Of a stretch of 64,000 bases of DNA, positions 41,716 to 51,913 are shown piece after piece (position 1 is the first letter of the stretch; every line of letters begins with the position of its first letter). Where the stretch lies: contig CAISGE010000062.1 of assembly GCA_903884815.1 (NCBI GenBank), positions 17 through 64,016 of the forward strand, written 5' to 3'. The notes beneath the pieces were generated by a model. The model saw only the letters and a program-made list of their open reading frames with translations. It was not told the origin of the DNA and did no database searches. The translations under genes were made by a program, and so were the position numbers. This DNA is from Candidatus Omnitrophota bacterium (GTDB lineage: Bacteria; Omnitrophota; Omnitrophia; Omnitrophales; Aquincolibacteriaceae).

Positions 41716-41836
41716 GCGCGCGTTTTTGGCGTTCCTTTTCCCCCCGTAACTTGTTTTTCAATCGCAGGTTAGACTATCGTGGGTCTCGTGTTTCTGACGC
41801 AGGCGCACGTATTTTGAATTTGAATGGATCCATCAG

Positions 41837-41914
41837 GGCGCTATCGTCTAGCCTGATCTAGGACGCTGCCCTCTCAAGGCAGAAACACGGGTTTAAATCC
41901 CGTTAGCGCTACCA
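41837..41914 (+). tRNA. tRNA-Glu(CTC), non-canonical A19/U56
   Basis: GGCGCTA/TAGCGCT acceptor; CTGCC-CTCTCAA-GGCAG; ACGGG-TTTAAAT-CCCGT; ACCA end. Confidence 0.92.
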
Positions 41915-41947
41915 TTTGTTGTAAGCCGTAAGAAAGGTTGATACAAG

Positions 41948-43270
41948 ATGATCTCTCGTTACACGCGGGCAGAAATGGCGAAGGTTTGGACAGAAGAGAA
42001 CAAGCTCCGGAAGTGGCTTGAGGTGGAACTGGCCGCTTTGGAAGGACTTGCCCGTTATGGCTATATCCCCAAAGATGTTCCCTCGAAGGTACGTGCTCGC
42101 GCAAAATTTGATGTTGAGCGCGTCAAAGAAATTGAAAAAGTCTGCAATCACGACGTCATTGCCTTTTTGACCAATGTCGCGGAACACGTGGGCCCCGTCG
42201 GCCGCTACGTTCACTTCGGCCTGACTTCCTCGGATATTCTGGACACCGGACTTTCGCTTCAGGTCATGGAAGCCTCCGACATCCTGATCCGCGAACTGAA
42301 AAAGCTTATCGTCTTGCTCGGTCAAAAAGCCAAAGAACACGCCAACACCCTGATGGTCGGCCGCTCGCATGGAGTTCATGCCGAGCCCATTACGTTCGGG
42401 CTTAAGATGGCCCTTTTTCATGCGGCATGCACTCGCGGTCTCGTGCGCCTCGAAGCCGCCAAAGAGAATCTCCGCTACGGGAAGATCTCGGGTGCGGTCG
42501 GAACTTTTGCTAATGTGGATCCCAAGGTTGAGGAATTTGTCTGTAAAAAATTGGGCCTCCACGCGGCGCCGGTTTCCACGCAGGTTCTCCAGAGGGATCG
42601 TCATGCTGAGTATCTGGGAGCGCTCGCGGTGGTCGGCGGATCGTTGGAGCAGCTTGCCACCGAGATCCGCGGTCTGCAGAAGACCGAAACTTATGAAGTT
42701 CAGGAGTATTTTTCGAAAGGGCAAAAGGGCTCTTCGGCGATGCCGCATAAGCGTAATCCCATCACCTGTGAACGGGTCGCGGGTCTCTCGCGCATTCTTC
42801 GCGGCAATGCCTTGGCTGGCTTTGAGAATATCGCGCTTTGGCACGAACGCGACATCACTCATTCCTCCGTGGAACGCGTCATTTTTCCGGACAGCACCAT
42901 CCTTCTGGATTACATGCTGGGTCTGATGCAAAACGTGATCGAGAACCTGGTGGTCAATAAGGAAAGGATGCTCAAGAATCTGGAATCGAGCCGCGGGATG
43001 GTATTCTCCCAGGGGTTGCTTCTCAAGCTGGTTGAAAAAGGCCTGACGCGTGAGGAAGGTTACAAACTTGTGCAGGATGCGGCGCAGAAGCTTTGGGAAG
43101 ATGAAAGCCTTTATCTTGAGCAAGTGGTTGTGAAAGACGAGAAGATCCTGAAATTTCTCACCGTGAACGAGATCCGCGAGGTTTTTAGCTACGACAGACA
43201 CCTAAAAAATGTGCCGGTCATTCTGAAACGAGCGGGGATTCTTCCAACCTCCCGAAAAGGAAAAAAATGA
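41948..43270 (+). CDS. purB: Adenylosuccinate lyase
   Basis: HDVIAF, HFGLTSSD, GSSAMPHKRNP. Confidence 0.97.
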   Translation: MISRYTRAEMAKVWTEENKLRKWLEVELAALEGLARYGYIPKDVPSKVRARAKFDVERVKEIEKVCNHDVIAFLTNVAEHVGPVGRYVHFGLTSSDILDTGLSLQVMEASDILIRELKKLIVLLGQKAKEHANTLMVGRSHGVHAEPITFGLKMALFHAACTRGLVRLEAAKENLRYGKISGAVGTFANVDPKVEEFVCKKLGLHAAPVSTQVLQRDRHAEYLGALAVVGGSLEQLATEIRGLQKTETYEVQEYFSKGQKGSSAMPHKRNPITCERVAGLSRILRGNALAGFENIALWHERDITHSSVERVIFPDSTILLDYMLGLMQNVIENLVVNKERMLKNLESSRGMVFSQGLLLKLVEKGLTREEGYKLVQDAAQKLWEDESLYLEQVVVKDEKILKFLTVNEIREVFSYDRHLKNVPVILKRAGILPTSRKGKK

Positions 43271-44199
43271 ATATGGCCAGCGACCTTGGTAAGGGTGAAG
43301 CGATCCTGGAAACCCATTTGCCGCTGCCGCGTGTCGCGGTCGGAAAAGTGCGTGACATCTACGGGGTCGGTACGGACAAGCTTTTGATCGTCACCACGGA
43401 CCGACTGAGCGCTTTTGATGTCGTGATGCCGGACCCTATCCCGATGAAGGGGAAAGTGCTGAATCAGATCACGCTTTTTTGGCTGGAGCAGTTTGAAGGT
43501 ATCTTGCCGCAGCATCTCATTACGGCCGATGTGGACGCGATGGGCCTGCCGGCGGCAGTGGTTAAGAATTTTCGCCATGAACTTGAAGGGCGCTCAGTAC
43601 TCGTCAAAAAAGCCGAGCCGCTTGCGATCGAATGTGTGGTCCGGGGTTACATCACCGGTTCCGGTTGGAAGGACTATCTGGCAACCGGCAAAGTGTGCGG
43701 GCACACGATCCTTCCGGGCATGAAGCAGTGCCAGCAATTCCAGGAGCCGCTCTTTACGCCGTCTACTAAGGCGAAGACGGGGCATGATATTAATATCGAT
43801 TTCAGCGAAGCGATCCGGATCGTGGGCAAGGATATCGCCCAGCAAGTGAAGGACCTTTCTATCCTTCTCTATAAGAAAGGGCAGGAATACGCGGCTTCCA
43901 AGGGGATTATTATCGCCGATACGAAGTTCGAGTTCGGGATCTATGACGGCAAGCTCATGTTGATCGATGAGATTCTGACGCCGGACAGCTCGCGCTTTTG
44001 GCCGGCCGCCCATTATGAAACGGGACATGACCAGCCGAGTTTCGACAAACAGATCGTTCGGAATTATCTGGAGACGCTCAGTTGGGAAAAACGACCGCCC
44101 GGACCGGAACTTCCCGAAGACATCATTGCAAAGACCACGGCAGCTTACTGCGAAATTTTTACGCGTTTATCCGGAAAAGACATTCGGAACTCTAAGTAG
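43267..44199 (+). CDS. purC: SAICAR synthetase
   Basis: GKVRDIY, DRLSAFD, ADTKFEFG, TPDSSRFW. Confidence 0.97.
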   Translation: MNMASDLGKGEAILETHLPLPRVAVGKVRDIYGVGTDKLLIVTTDRLSAFDVVMPDPIPMKGKVLNQITLFWLEQFEGILPQHLITADVDAMGLPAAVVKNFRHELEGRSVLVKKAEPLAIECVVRGYITGSGWKDYLATGKVCGHTILPGMKQCQQFQEPLFTPSTKAKTGHDINIDFSEAIRIVGKDIAQQVKDLSILLYKKGQEYAASKGIIIADTKFEFGIYDGKLMLIDEILTPDSSRFWPAAHYETGHDQPSFDKQIVRNYLETLSWEKRPPGPELPEDIIAKTTAAYCEIFTRLSGKDIRNSK

Positions 44200-44209
44200 G
44201 AGAGACTAT

Positions 44210-44252
44210 GCCACCGCCTGCGAAGCGGCGGGGTCCCGCCAACGGCGGGAAA
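44210..44252. repeat. REP-like double-hairpin repeat, copy 1
   Basis: 31 bp identical to 59386-59416. Confidence 0.85.
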
Positions 44253-44284
44253 GTTTATTTTAAACAGGAAAGGATTAAAACACT

Positions 44285-44542
44285 ATGCAGTTCAAGGCCC
44301 GTATTCACACGAGTTTAAAGAAATCGGTACTGGATCCCCAGGGGCAGACCACGCTGCACGCCCTTGCCTCGATGGGATTCAAAGAAGCCCAGAGCCTCAG
44401 GATCGGGAAGTATTTTGAACTGGCGCTTGAGGCGGAGAGCCGCGCGAAGGCGGAGGAATGCATTCACGCGATGTGCGACAAGTTGCTTCATAATCCGGTC
44501 ATTGAAGAATATTCGTTCGAGTTGCAAGAACTGCCATCCTAA
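44285..44542 (+). CDS. purS: FGAM synthase subunit PurS
   Basis: LDPQG, RIGKYF, LLHNPVIE. Confidence 0.95.
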   Translation: MQFKARIHTSLKKSVLDPQGQTTLHALASMGFKEAQSLRIGKYFELALEAESRAKAEECIHAMCDKLLHNPVIEEYSFELQELPS

Positions 44543-44629
44543 TTAAAATATCGGGGAACGGGGAACGGGGGACGCAACAGCTTTAATGTCCCGGATTTTC
44601 CGGTCATCGCATCCCTAAAAGGATTTTTC

Positions 44630-45319
44630 ATGAAAGCCGCGGTCATTGTTTTTCCGGGTTCCAATTGTGATACGGATTGTTTCCATGCGCTCCGGGATGT
44701 CGTCAAGGTGCCGGTTGAGTATGTCTGGCATAAGGACCGCCATCTTCCCAAAGTAGACCTGGTGGTCATTCCAGGAGGATTCAGCTACGGGGATTATCTC
44801 AGAACCGGGGCGATCGCGCGTTTTTCGCCGGTGATGGAATCCGTGATCCAGCACGCGAACGACGGCCGTGCGGTTCTCGGGATCTGCAACGGTTTTCAGA
44901 TCCTTCTCGAAGCCGGGCTTCTCCCGGGGGCAATGCTCCGGAACAAGACGCTGGAATTCATTTGCAAACACGCCTGGATCCGAACGGAAGAGAATTTGAC
45001 GATCTTTACGGGGCAGATGGAACCGGGTGAGACGCTTTGTGTTCCCATTGCTCACGGCGAGGGGAATTACTATTGCGACGATGACACTTTGAAATCCCTT
45101 CATGATCATTCGCAGGTCGTTTTCCGTTACTGTTCCGAAGATGGAAAAACCGGGGATGCATTTAATCCCAACGGTTCTAAGGATCACATTGCCGGGATCG
45201 TGAACAAAAAGAAGAACGTGCTCGGGATGATGCCGCATCCGGAACGCTCGAGTGAAGCCATCCTCGGATCTTCCGACGGGCTCAAGATCTTCGAAAGCAT
45301 TCTAAACGCACTGGAATAA
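44630..45319 (+). CDS. purQ: FGAM synthase glutaminase subunit
   Basis: FPGSNCD, GICNGFQ, MPHPER. Confidence 0.97.
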   Translation: MKAAVIVFPGSNCDTDCFHALRDVVKVPVEYVWHKDRHLPKVDLVVIPGGFSYGDYLRTGAIARFSPVMESVIQHANDGRAVLGICNGFQILLEAGLLPGAMLRNKTLEFICKHAWIRTEENLTIFTGQMEPGETLCVPIAHGEGNYYCDDDTLKSLHDHSQVVFRYCSEDGKTGDAFNPNGSKDHIAGIVNKKKNVLGMMPHPERSSEAILGSSDGLKIFESILNALE

Positions 45320-45322
45320 AAT

Positions 45323-47590
45323 ATGCCATCTCTTGATTCGACTACACCGATTACAGCGGAACTGATCGCGGCTCACGGGATCACCACCGAAGAGTATCAG
45401 CACATTCGCGATATTCTCGGCCGGGACCCCAACATCACCGAACTCGGGATGTTCAGCGTGATGTGGAGCGAGCACTGTTCCTATAAGAATTCCAAGCCGA
45501 TCCTGAAGCTTTTCTCCAAGATGAACGCGGAATTGCCGCGCCAGGAGAATCTGCTTGTGAAGCCGGGGCAGGAGAACGCCGGGATCGTGGATATCGGCGA
45601 TGGTCTCGCGGTGTGTTTTAAGATCGAAAGCCACAATCACCCCTCCGCGATCGAACCTTTCCAGGGCGCGGCAACAGGCGTGGGCGGGATCTTGCGTGAT
45701 ATTTTTACGATGGGCGCGCGGCCGATCCTTCTTATGAATTCTCTTCGTTTCGGAGATCTCGCGCAGCCGGTGAGTCAGCGTCTTTTCCGTGGCGTAGTCG
45801 CCGGGATCGCGCATTACGGTAATTGTATGGGGATCCCGACTGTGGGCGGCGATGTTTATTTTGACGCGTCCTATGAGGGCAATCCCTTGGTGAACGCGAT
45901 GGCGCTCGGTATTATCAAAAAGGACGAGATCGTGCGCGGCGCGGCGCACGGCATCGGCAATCCGGTCTATTACGTCGGAGCCACGACCGGACGGGACGGA
46001 CTCGGCGGTGCGGCGTTCGCCTCCAAGGAACTCTCGGAGCAAAGCCATGAGGACCGTCCGGCGGTACAGGTCGGCGATCCCTTTATGGAAAAACTTTTGA
46101 TGGAAGCGTGTCTGGAGCTTCTCAAGACCGATGCGTTGGTCGGGATGCAGGATATGGGCGCCGCGGGCCTGACCTGCGCAGGTTGCGAGACGGCGTCACG
46201 CGCGAGCACCGGGGTTGAGATCGATCTGGCCTTTGTTCCTCGCCGCGAGACCGGGATGATCCCCTATGAGATCCTTCTTTCCGAGTCGCAGGAGCGTATG
46301 CTGGTGATCGTCAAAAAAGGAAAAGAAAAAGAGGTTGAGGATATTTTCGAGAAGTGGGATCTCCATGCCGTAAAGATCGGCGAGGTTACGAAGGGCGATA
46401 AATATCGCGTAATGGACTCGGGGAAAATGGCCGCCGAGATCCCGGCCAAGGCGCTGGCCGATGATGGGCCCGTTTATACGCGTGAGGAAGAAAAACCTGC
46501 GTACCTTGAAGATGCGCAAAAACTGGACCTCACGGCAATCCATGAACCGAAAGATTTTAATGCGGTGCTCAAGCGGCTCCTGTCGCATCCTTCGATCGCG
46601 TCGAAAGCCTGGGTCTGGCAGCAGTACGATCATATGGTCCGCACGGATACGGTGTTCTACCCTGGACATGATGCCGCGCTGATCCGCGTCAAAGGCACGC
46701 ATAAGGGCATCGCTGTCTCCACCGATTGCAATAGCCTTTATGTTTATCTCGATCCGTTGGAGGGCGGCAAGATCGCCGTCGCAGAAGCGGCGCGGAATGT
46801 TGTTTGCTCCGGTGCCCGGCCGATCGGCCTGACGAATTGTCTGAACTTCGGGAATCCTATGAAGCCCGAGATCTTCTGGCAATTCCACAATGCCGTATCG
46901 GGGATCATCGAATCCTGCAAAACCCTTGAAATTCCCGTGACGGGCGGGAATGTGAGCTTCTACAATGAAAGCCCTCAGGGAGCGATCTATCCGACGCCGA
47001 CGATCGGCGTGGTGGGTCTGATCGATAATATCGAAAAGCGTGTTCCTTCCGCTTTTCAGAACGAAGGCGACGTGATCTTTCTTGCCGGCGAGACTTTTAA
47101 CGAGATCGGCGGAAGCCATTATTTGATGATCGAGCACGGCCTAAAGCAGGGATTGCCTCCGAGACTAAATCTCGCCCGGGAAAAAGCCCTTCATCAATTC
47201 ATTCTCGCGGCTGCGGACGGAAAAAAACTCGTCTCCTGCCACGACCTCGCCGAGGGTGGACTCACGGTGGCGCTCGCGGAATGCTGTTTGAAGAGCGAGG
47301 CGGGCCTGGGAGCCAGGATCCAGGGACTTAACGGACTCCGGAAGCACGGGACCGCCCTTCGTGACGACGCGCTTTATTTCGGAGAAACCCAGTCGCGTGT
47401 CGTCATTTCGGTCAAACCCGAGCACCAAAAAGAAGTGAAGACTCTTGCGCAAAAACAGGGTGTTGCACTCTGTGAGATCGGGAAGGTTGACGGGGATGCG
47501 CTTGTTTTAGAAGAGCGGATCCATGTGTCGGTTCGGGAAATGACGAATCTGTTCGAAAATTGGATCCCCAACATTATGGAGCGACAATAA
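45323..47590 (+). CDS. purL: FGAM synthase subunit PurL
   Basis: [30 protein letters not shown]. Confidence 0.98.
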   Translation: MPSLDSTTPITAELIAAHGITTEEYQHIRDILGRDPNITELGMFSVMWSEHCSYKNSKPILKLFSKMNAELPRQENLLVKPGQENAGIVDIGDGLAVCFKIESHNHPSAIEPFQGAATGVGGILRDIFTMGARPILLMNSLRFGDLAQPVSQRLFRGVVAGIAHYGNCMGIPTVGGDVYFDASYEGNPLVNAMALGIIKKDEIVRGAAHGIGNPVYYVGATTGRDGLGGAAFASKELSEQSHEDRPAVQVGDPFMEKLLMEACLELLKTDALVGMQDMGAAGLTCAGCETASRASTGVEIDLAFVPRRETGMIPYEILLSESQERMLVIVKKGKEKEVEDIFEKWDLHAVKIGEVTKGDKYRVMDSGKMAAEIPAKALADDGPVYTREEEKPAYLEDAQKLDLTAIHEPKDFNAVLKRLLSHPSIASKAWVWQQYDHMVRTDTVFYPGHDAALIRVKGTHKGIAVSTDCNSLYVYLDPLEGGKIAVAEAARNVVCSGARPIGLTNCLNFGNPMKPEIFWQFHNAVSGIIESCKTLEIPVTGGNVSFYNESPQGAIYPTPTIGVVGLIDNIEKRVPSAFQNEGDVIFLAGETFNEIGGSHYLMIEHGLKQGLPPRLNLAREKALHQFILAAADGKKLVSCHDLAEGGLTVALAECCLKSEAGLGARIQGLNGLRKHGTALRDDALYFGETQSRVVISVKPEHQKEVKTLAQKQGVALCEIGKVDGDALVLEERIHVSVREMTNLFENWIPNIMERQ

Positions 47591-49011
47591 TGGGCGGCGA
47601 AAACATAAAACATCATTGCGGGATCTTCGGGATCTTCAACCATCCTCAGGCGGCGCGCATCACGCAGCTCGGGCTTTTCGCGCTCCAGCATCGCGGCGAA
47701 GAAGCCGCCGGGATCTGTACGAGCGACAGCTCCGATCTCTATCTTGTCAAAAAAATGGGGCTGGTCGGCGAGGTGTTCGATGAGGATTCTTTCGCGCAGC
47801 TTCCCGGAAAAAATGCCATCGGCCATGTCCGCTATTCCACGACCGGGTCTTCGACGCTGCTTAACGCGCAGCCCTGCAAAGTCGATTATTCCCGGGGGCA
47901 GATCGCGATCGCCCACAACGGCAATCTTGTGAATTCCCAGATTTTGCGCGCCGAACTGGAAGCATACGGCTCGATCTTCGGGAGCACGATCGATTCCGAG
48001 GTCTTTGTTCATATGATCGCGAAGCCTTCCTACCGCACGCATGAAGAAGGCGTGATCGGGGCGACGAAACGGGCGAAGGGCGCGTTCAGTCTGGTGCTTC
48101 TGACCGAGGATCATCTCTTCGGGGTTCGCGATCCTCAGGGGTTTCGCCCTCTCTGTTTGGGGAAGCTGGGGAACAGTTATGTGCTTGCCTCCGAGACTTG
48201 CGCATTTGATCTGATCGAAGCGGAGTTTATCCGCGAGATCGAACCAGGTGAAGTGGTGGTGATCGATAGTACGGGAATCCGCAGCCATTTTCCTTTCAAA
48301 GACGAAAACATTCCCCTGGCCCATTGCATTTTTGAGCATGTCTATTTTGCCCGACCGGACTCGTATATTTTTGGTGATAGTGTGGGACTTGTTCGCGAAA
48401 AACTAGGCGCCCAGCTTGCCAAAGAACATCCTGTGGAAGCGGACATCGTGATCCCGGTGCCGGATTCGGGGAGCTTTGCGGCTCTGGGCTATTCCCGGGA
48501 ATCGGGGATCCCTTATTCCCACGGGTTTATTCGTAACCACTACATCGGCCGCACGTTCATCAGTCCTTCGGAAGCGGGGCGTATCTTGAAGGTGAAGATC
48601 AAACTTAATCCTATCCGGCAGGTCGTGGATGGCAAGCGTGTGATCGTGGTCGATGATTCGATCGTGCGTGGCAATACGGCCAAGAATCGCGTTAAGCTTT
48701 TACGCGCCGCGGGTGCCAAGGAAGTGCATATGAGGATCAGCTGTCCGCCGCACATTTCGCCCTGCTTTTACGGGATCGATTTTCCTTCTAAAAAGGAGCT
48801 GCTCGCCGCGAATAAGAGCATCGAAGAGATCACGAAGTTCCTGAATGTGGATAGCCTCGGCTATCTCAGCCTTCAGGGGATGCTTGGCGCCACGACGCAG
48901 GATCCCCGGGATTTCTGCTCGGCCTGCTTTTCCGGGAAATATCCGACGAAGATCTACGACGCGGACGACAAGTACAAGCTGGAGAGCAAAAGGAATACCT
49001 GCAAAATATGA
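47590..49011 (+). CDS. purF: Amidophosphoribosyltransferase
   Basis: Propeptide then CGIFG, QHRG, VDDSIVRGNT. Confidence 0.97.
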   Translation: MGGENIKHHCGIFGIFNHPQAARITQLGLFALQHRGEEAAGICTSDSSDLYLVKKMGLVGEVFDEDSFAQLPGKNAIGHVRYSTTGSSTLLNAQPCKVDYSRGQIAIAHNGNLVNSQILRAELEAYGSIFGSTIDSEVFVHMIAKPSYRTHEEGVIGATKRAKGAFSLVLLTEDHLFGVRDPQGFRPLCLGKLGNSYVLASETCAFDLIEAEFIREIEPGEVVVIDSTGIRSHFPFKDENIPLAHCIFEHVYFARPDSYIFGDSVGLVREKLGAQLAKEHPVEADIVIPVPDSGSFAALGYSRESGIPYSHGFIRNHYIGRTFISPSEAGRILKVKIKLNPIRQVVDGKRVIVVDDSIVRGNTAKNRVKLLRAAGAKEVHMRISCPPHISPCFYGIDFPSKKELLAANKSIEEITKFLNVDSLGYLSLQGMLGATTQDPRDFCSACFSGKYPTKIYDADDKYKLESKRNTCKI

Positions 49012-50027
49012 GCGCCTGGACCTATGAAAAAGCAGGCGTGCCTCATCTCAAGGGCGATGCCGCTTACAATCGAAAGATCTCCGGACTGATCCGTTCCACC
49101 CACGTCCCGGGCGTTTGCGGCGACACGCTTGGATTCGCCTCACTTTTTGATCTGAAGAAAACCGGCATCAAAGACCCGTTGCTCGTGGCCTCGACCGACG
49201 GGGTGGGGACTAAGCTGGAACTTGCCAGGCTTCTTGGCAAGCACGATACGATCGGGATCGATCTCGTGGCCATGTGCGTCAACGACCTCATCACCTCCGG
49301 CGCACGCCCGCTTTTTTTTCTTGATTATTACGCCTCCGGAAAATTCCAGACGAATGTGATTGGCGAAGTCTTGAAAGGGGTTACGGAAGGCTGTCGGCAG
49401 TCCGGCTGCTCTCTGGTGGGCGGTGAGACGGCCATCATGCCCGGCTTTTATTCGGACAACAAGAAAACCCTTGCGGCTCAGTACGACGTTGCGGGCTTTT
49501 CGGTGGGCGCCGTCGAGCGCAAGAAGGTTGTGACCGGAAAAAAGATCAAGGCGGGGGACGTGATCCTCGGGATCCAGTCTTCTGGTTTTCATTCGAACGG
49601 TTACTCCCTCGTGCGGAAAATCTTTTCCGAAAAGACACTGCGCGGTCCCGTGGGCAAGAGACTTTTGACGCCGACCATTATCTACGTCAAGCCGGTACTC
49701 GCACTTTTGAAGAAAGTCGCGGTGAAGGGGATCGTCAATATCACCGGCGGCGGCTTCTATGACAATCTGCCTCGCGTTATTCCTCACGGCCTCGGCGCTG
49801 CGATCGATAAGTCCTCATGGAAAGTTCCCGAGATATTCCGGATCGCGCAAAAGTCGGGCGGTATTTCGGACCATGAAATGTACAAGACCTTCAATATGGG
49901 CGTCGGCATGGTGGTGATCCTTGGGAAGAGCCATGCTGCGGCCGCTCAAAAAGTCCTGAAGTCCTTCAAACTGAATTCCTGGGTGGTGGGCACGATTACA
50001 AAACACGCAGGGGTCACCGTCGCATGA
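49008..50027 (+). CDS. purM: AIR synthetase
   Basis: STDGVGTK, GGETA, GFHSNGYSL, TFNMG. Confidence 0.96.
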   Translation: MSAWTYEKAGVPHLKGDAAYNRKISGLIRSTHVPGVCGDTLGFASLFDLKKTGIKDPLLVASTDGVGTKLELARLLGKHDTIGIDLVAMCVNDLITSGARPLFFLDYYASGKFQTNVIGEVLKGVTEGCRQSGCSLVGGETAIMPGFYSDNKKTLAAQYDVAGFSVGAVERKKVVTGKKIKAGDVILGIQSSGFHSNGYSLVRKIFSEKTLRGPVGKRLLTPTIIYVKPVLALLKKVAVKGIVNITGGGFYDNLPRVIPHGLGAAIDKSSWKVPEIFRIAQKSGGISDHEMYKTFNMGVGMVVILGKSHAAAAQKVLKSFKLNSWVVGTITKHAGVTVA

Positions 50028-51313
50028 AAGTTCTCATTGTCGGATCCGGTGGCAGGGAGCACGCGTTGGCGTGGAAGATCGCCCAGAGCCCGCTTCTGAC
50101 CAAGCTTTACGCCGCTCCGGGGAATGCCGGGATCGCAACCCTCGCGGAATGCGTTGCCATTGCTTCTGATAATATCGACGGCCTCCTGGAATTCGCTCTT
50201 CGCGAAAAGATCGACCTGACCATTGTGGGGCCTGAGATGCCGCTTGTGGCGGGGATCACGGACAGGTTCCAGGAGAAGGGCCTTAAAGTTTTCGGTCCCT
50301 CTCAAGAGACCGCGCTCCTCGAAGGCAGCAAAGCTTTCTCCAAAGATATCATGACTAAATTCGGCGTGCCGACCGCGGATTACGAGATCTTCACCAGCAC
50401 CAAAGAGGCCAAGCATTACGCCATCGAGTCCGAGATGCCGGTTGTGATCAAGGCGGATGGTCTCGCGGCCGGAAAAGGTGTCGTGATCTGCGAAAGCTCC
50501 GAGCAGGCGGTCGCAACCCTCACTCAAATGATGGAAGAGAAGATCTTCGGGGAAGCGGGCGCCAAGGTCATTATTGAGAAAAAATTAGAAGGTGAAGAAC
50601 TTTCGATCCTTGTGCTGACCGACGGGAAGAGGATCATTCCTCTGGCGAGCGCCCGGGATCACAAACGTGTCTACGATCATGACCGCGGGCCGAATACGGG
50701 CGGCATGGGGGCTTTTTCTCCCAGCATGAAGATCCCGGAATCCGAGATCGGGGGGATCATTGATATCGCGGTGCGTCCGATCATAGAGGGCCTGGCTCTG
50801 GACGGGATGCCGTATCGCGGCGTTCTTTACGCGGGGATCATGATGACCAAGGACGGTCCTTTCGTGCTCGAATACAATTGTCGGTTCGGGGATCCGGAGA
50901 CCGAGGTGATTCTGCCGCGCCTGAAGTCGGATCTTTTGCCGGTGATGATGCAGATCGCGAACGGGCGTCTTGAGACGGAAACTTTGGAGTGGCATTCGAA
51001 GGCGTGTATCACGGTCGTGATGGCTTCCGGAGGCTATCCTGGCGCCTATGAGAAAAATGTGCCGATTTACGGGCTTGAATCCGCTCAGGGACAGCCGGAC
51101 GTCGCGGTCTTTCATGCCGGGACGGCGCTTAACGCCGCAAAGCAGATCGTAACGGCGGGCGGGCGCGTGTTGGCGGTCACGGCCTGGGGGGATACCCTGA
51201 AAGCCGCGCATGACCGCGCGTATCAATTTGTTTCCAAAATTAATTTCGCCGGCGGTTTTTGCCGTCGCGACATCGGCCATAAAGCCATGGCACCGCATTT
51301 TATTAATGATTAA
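50024..51313 (+). CDS. purD: GAR synthetase
   Basis: GSGGREHAL, KADGLAAGKGV, GPNTGGMG. Confidence 0.97.
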   Translation: MKVLIVGSGGREHALAWKIAQSPLLTKLYAAPGNAGIATLAECVAIASDNIDGLLEFALREKIDLTIVGPEMPLVAGITDRFQEKGLKVFGPSQETALLEGSKAFSKDIMTKFGVPTADYEIFTSTKEAKHYAIESEMPVVIKADGLAAGKGVVICESSEQAVATLTQMMEEKIFGEAGAKVIIEKKLEGEELSILVLTDGKRIIPLASARDHKRVYDHDRGPNTGGMGAFSPSMKIPESEIGGIIDIAVRPIIEGLALDGMPYRGVLYAGIMMTKDGPFVLEYNCRFGDPETEVILPRLKSDLLPVMMQIANGRLETETLEWHSKACITVVMASGGYPGAYEKNVPIYGLESAQGQPDVAVFHAGTALNAAKQIVTAGGRVLAVTAWGDTLKAAHDRAYQFVSKINFAGGFCRRDIGHKAMAPHFIND

Positions 51314-51377
51314 GGGTATGCGGTGCCATACTGTTAACCTTTAATTTTTTGATAGAGAACAGTATGGAGGTGATGCA

Positions 51378-51881
51378 ATGAAAGAACTCGTTTCGATCGT
51401 GATGGGAAGTGATTCCGACCTTGAGACGATGCAGGAATGCGCGAACGTGCTCCGCGATTTCGGCGTTCGCTTTGACATGCAGGTCCTCTCGGCTCACCGG
51501 ACACCGATGCTTGTCTCGGACTTTGCGACACGGGCCCAGAAGAAGGGCCGCAGGGTCATTATTGCCGGTGCGGGCGGTGCCGCGCATTTGGCCGGAGCTG
51601 TGGCCGCGAACACCATTCTGCCCGTGATCGGCGTGCCTCTTGCCGCGACGCAATTAAGCGGTTTCGACGCGCTTCTCGCCACCGTTCAGATGCCTGCGGG
51701 CGTTCCGGTGGCGACCGTGGCCGTGGGGATCCCGGGAGCGCGCAATGCCGGTCTTCTGGCCGTGCAGATCCTGGCGCTTTCTGATTCAAAGTTGACTGCG
51801 AAACTTAAGAAATACAAAGATGCCATGGCGCAAAATTGTCAGGACAAGAACAAAAAGTTGCAGGCGAAGATCCGAAAGTAG
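51378..51881 (+). CDS. purE: PurE
   Basis: MGSDSD, SAHRTP, AHLAG, QMPAGVPV. Confidence 0.96.
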   Translation: MKELVSIVMGSDSDLETMQECANVLRDFGVRFDMQVLSAHRTPMLVSDFATRAQKKGRRVIIAGAGGAAHLAGAVAANTILPVIGVPLAATQLSGFDALLATVQMPAGVPVATVAVGIPGARNAGLLAVQILALSDSKLTAKLKKYKDAMAQNCQDKNKKLQAKIRK

Positions 51882-51913
51882 TAGACCCGGCGGGACACGG
51901 AGGTGCGTATATT

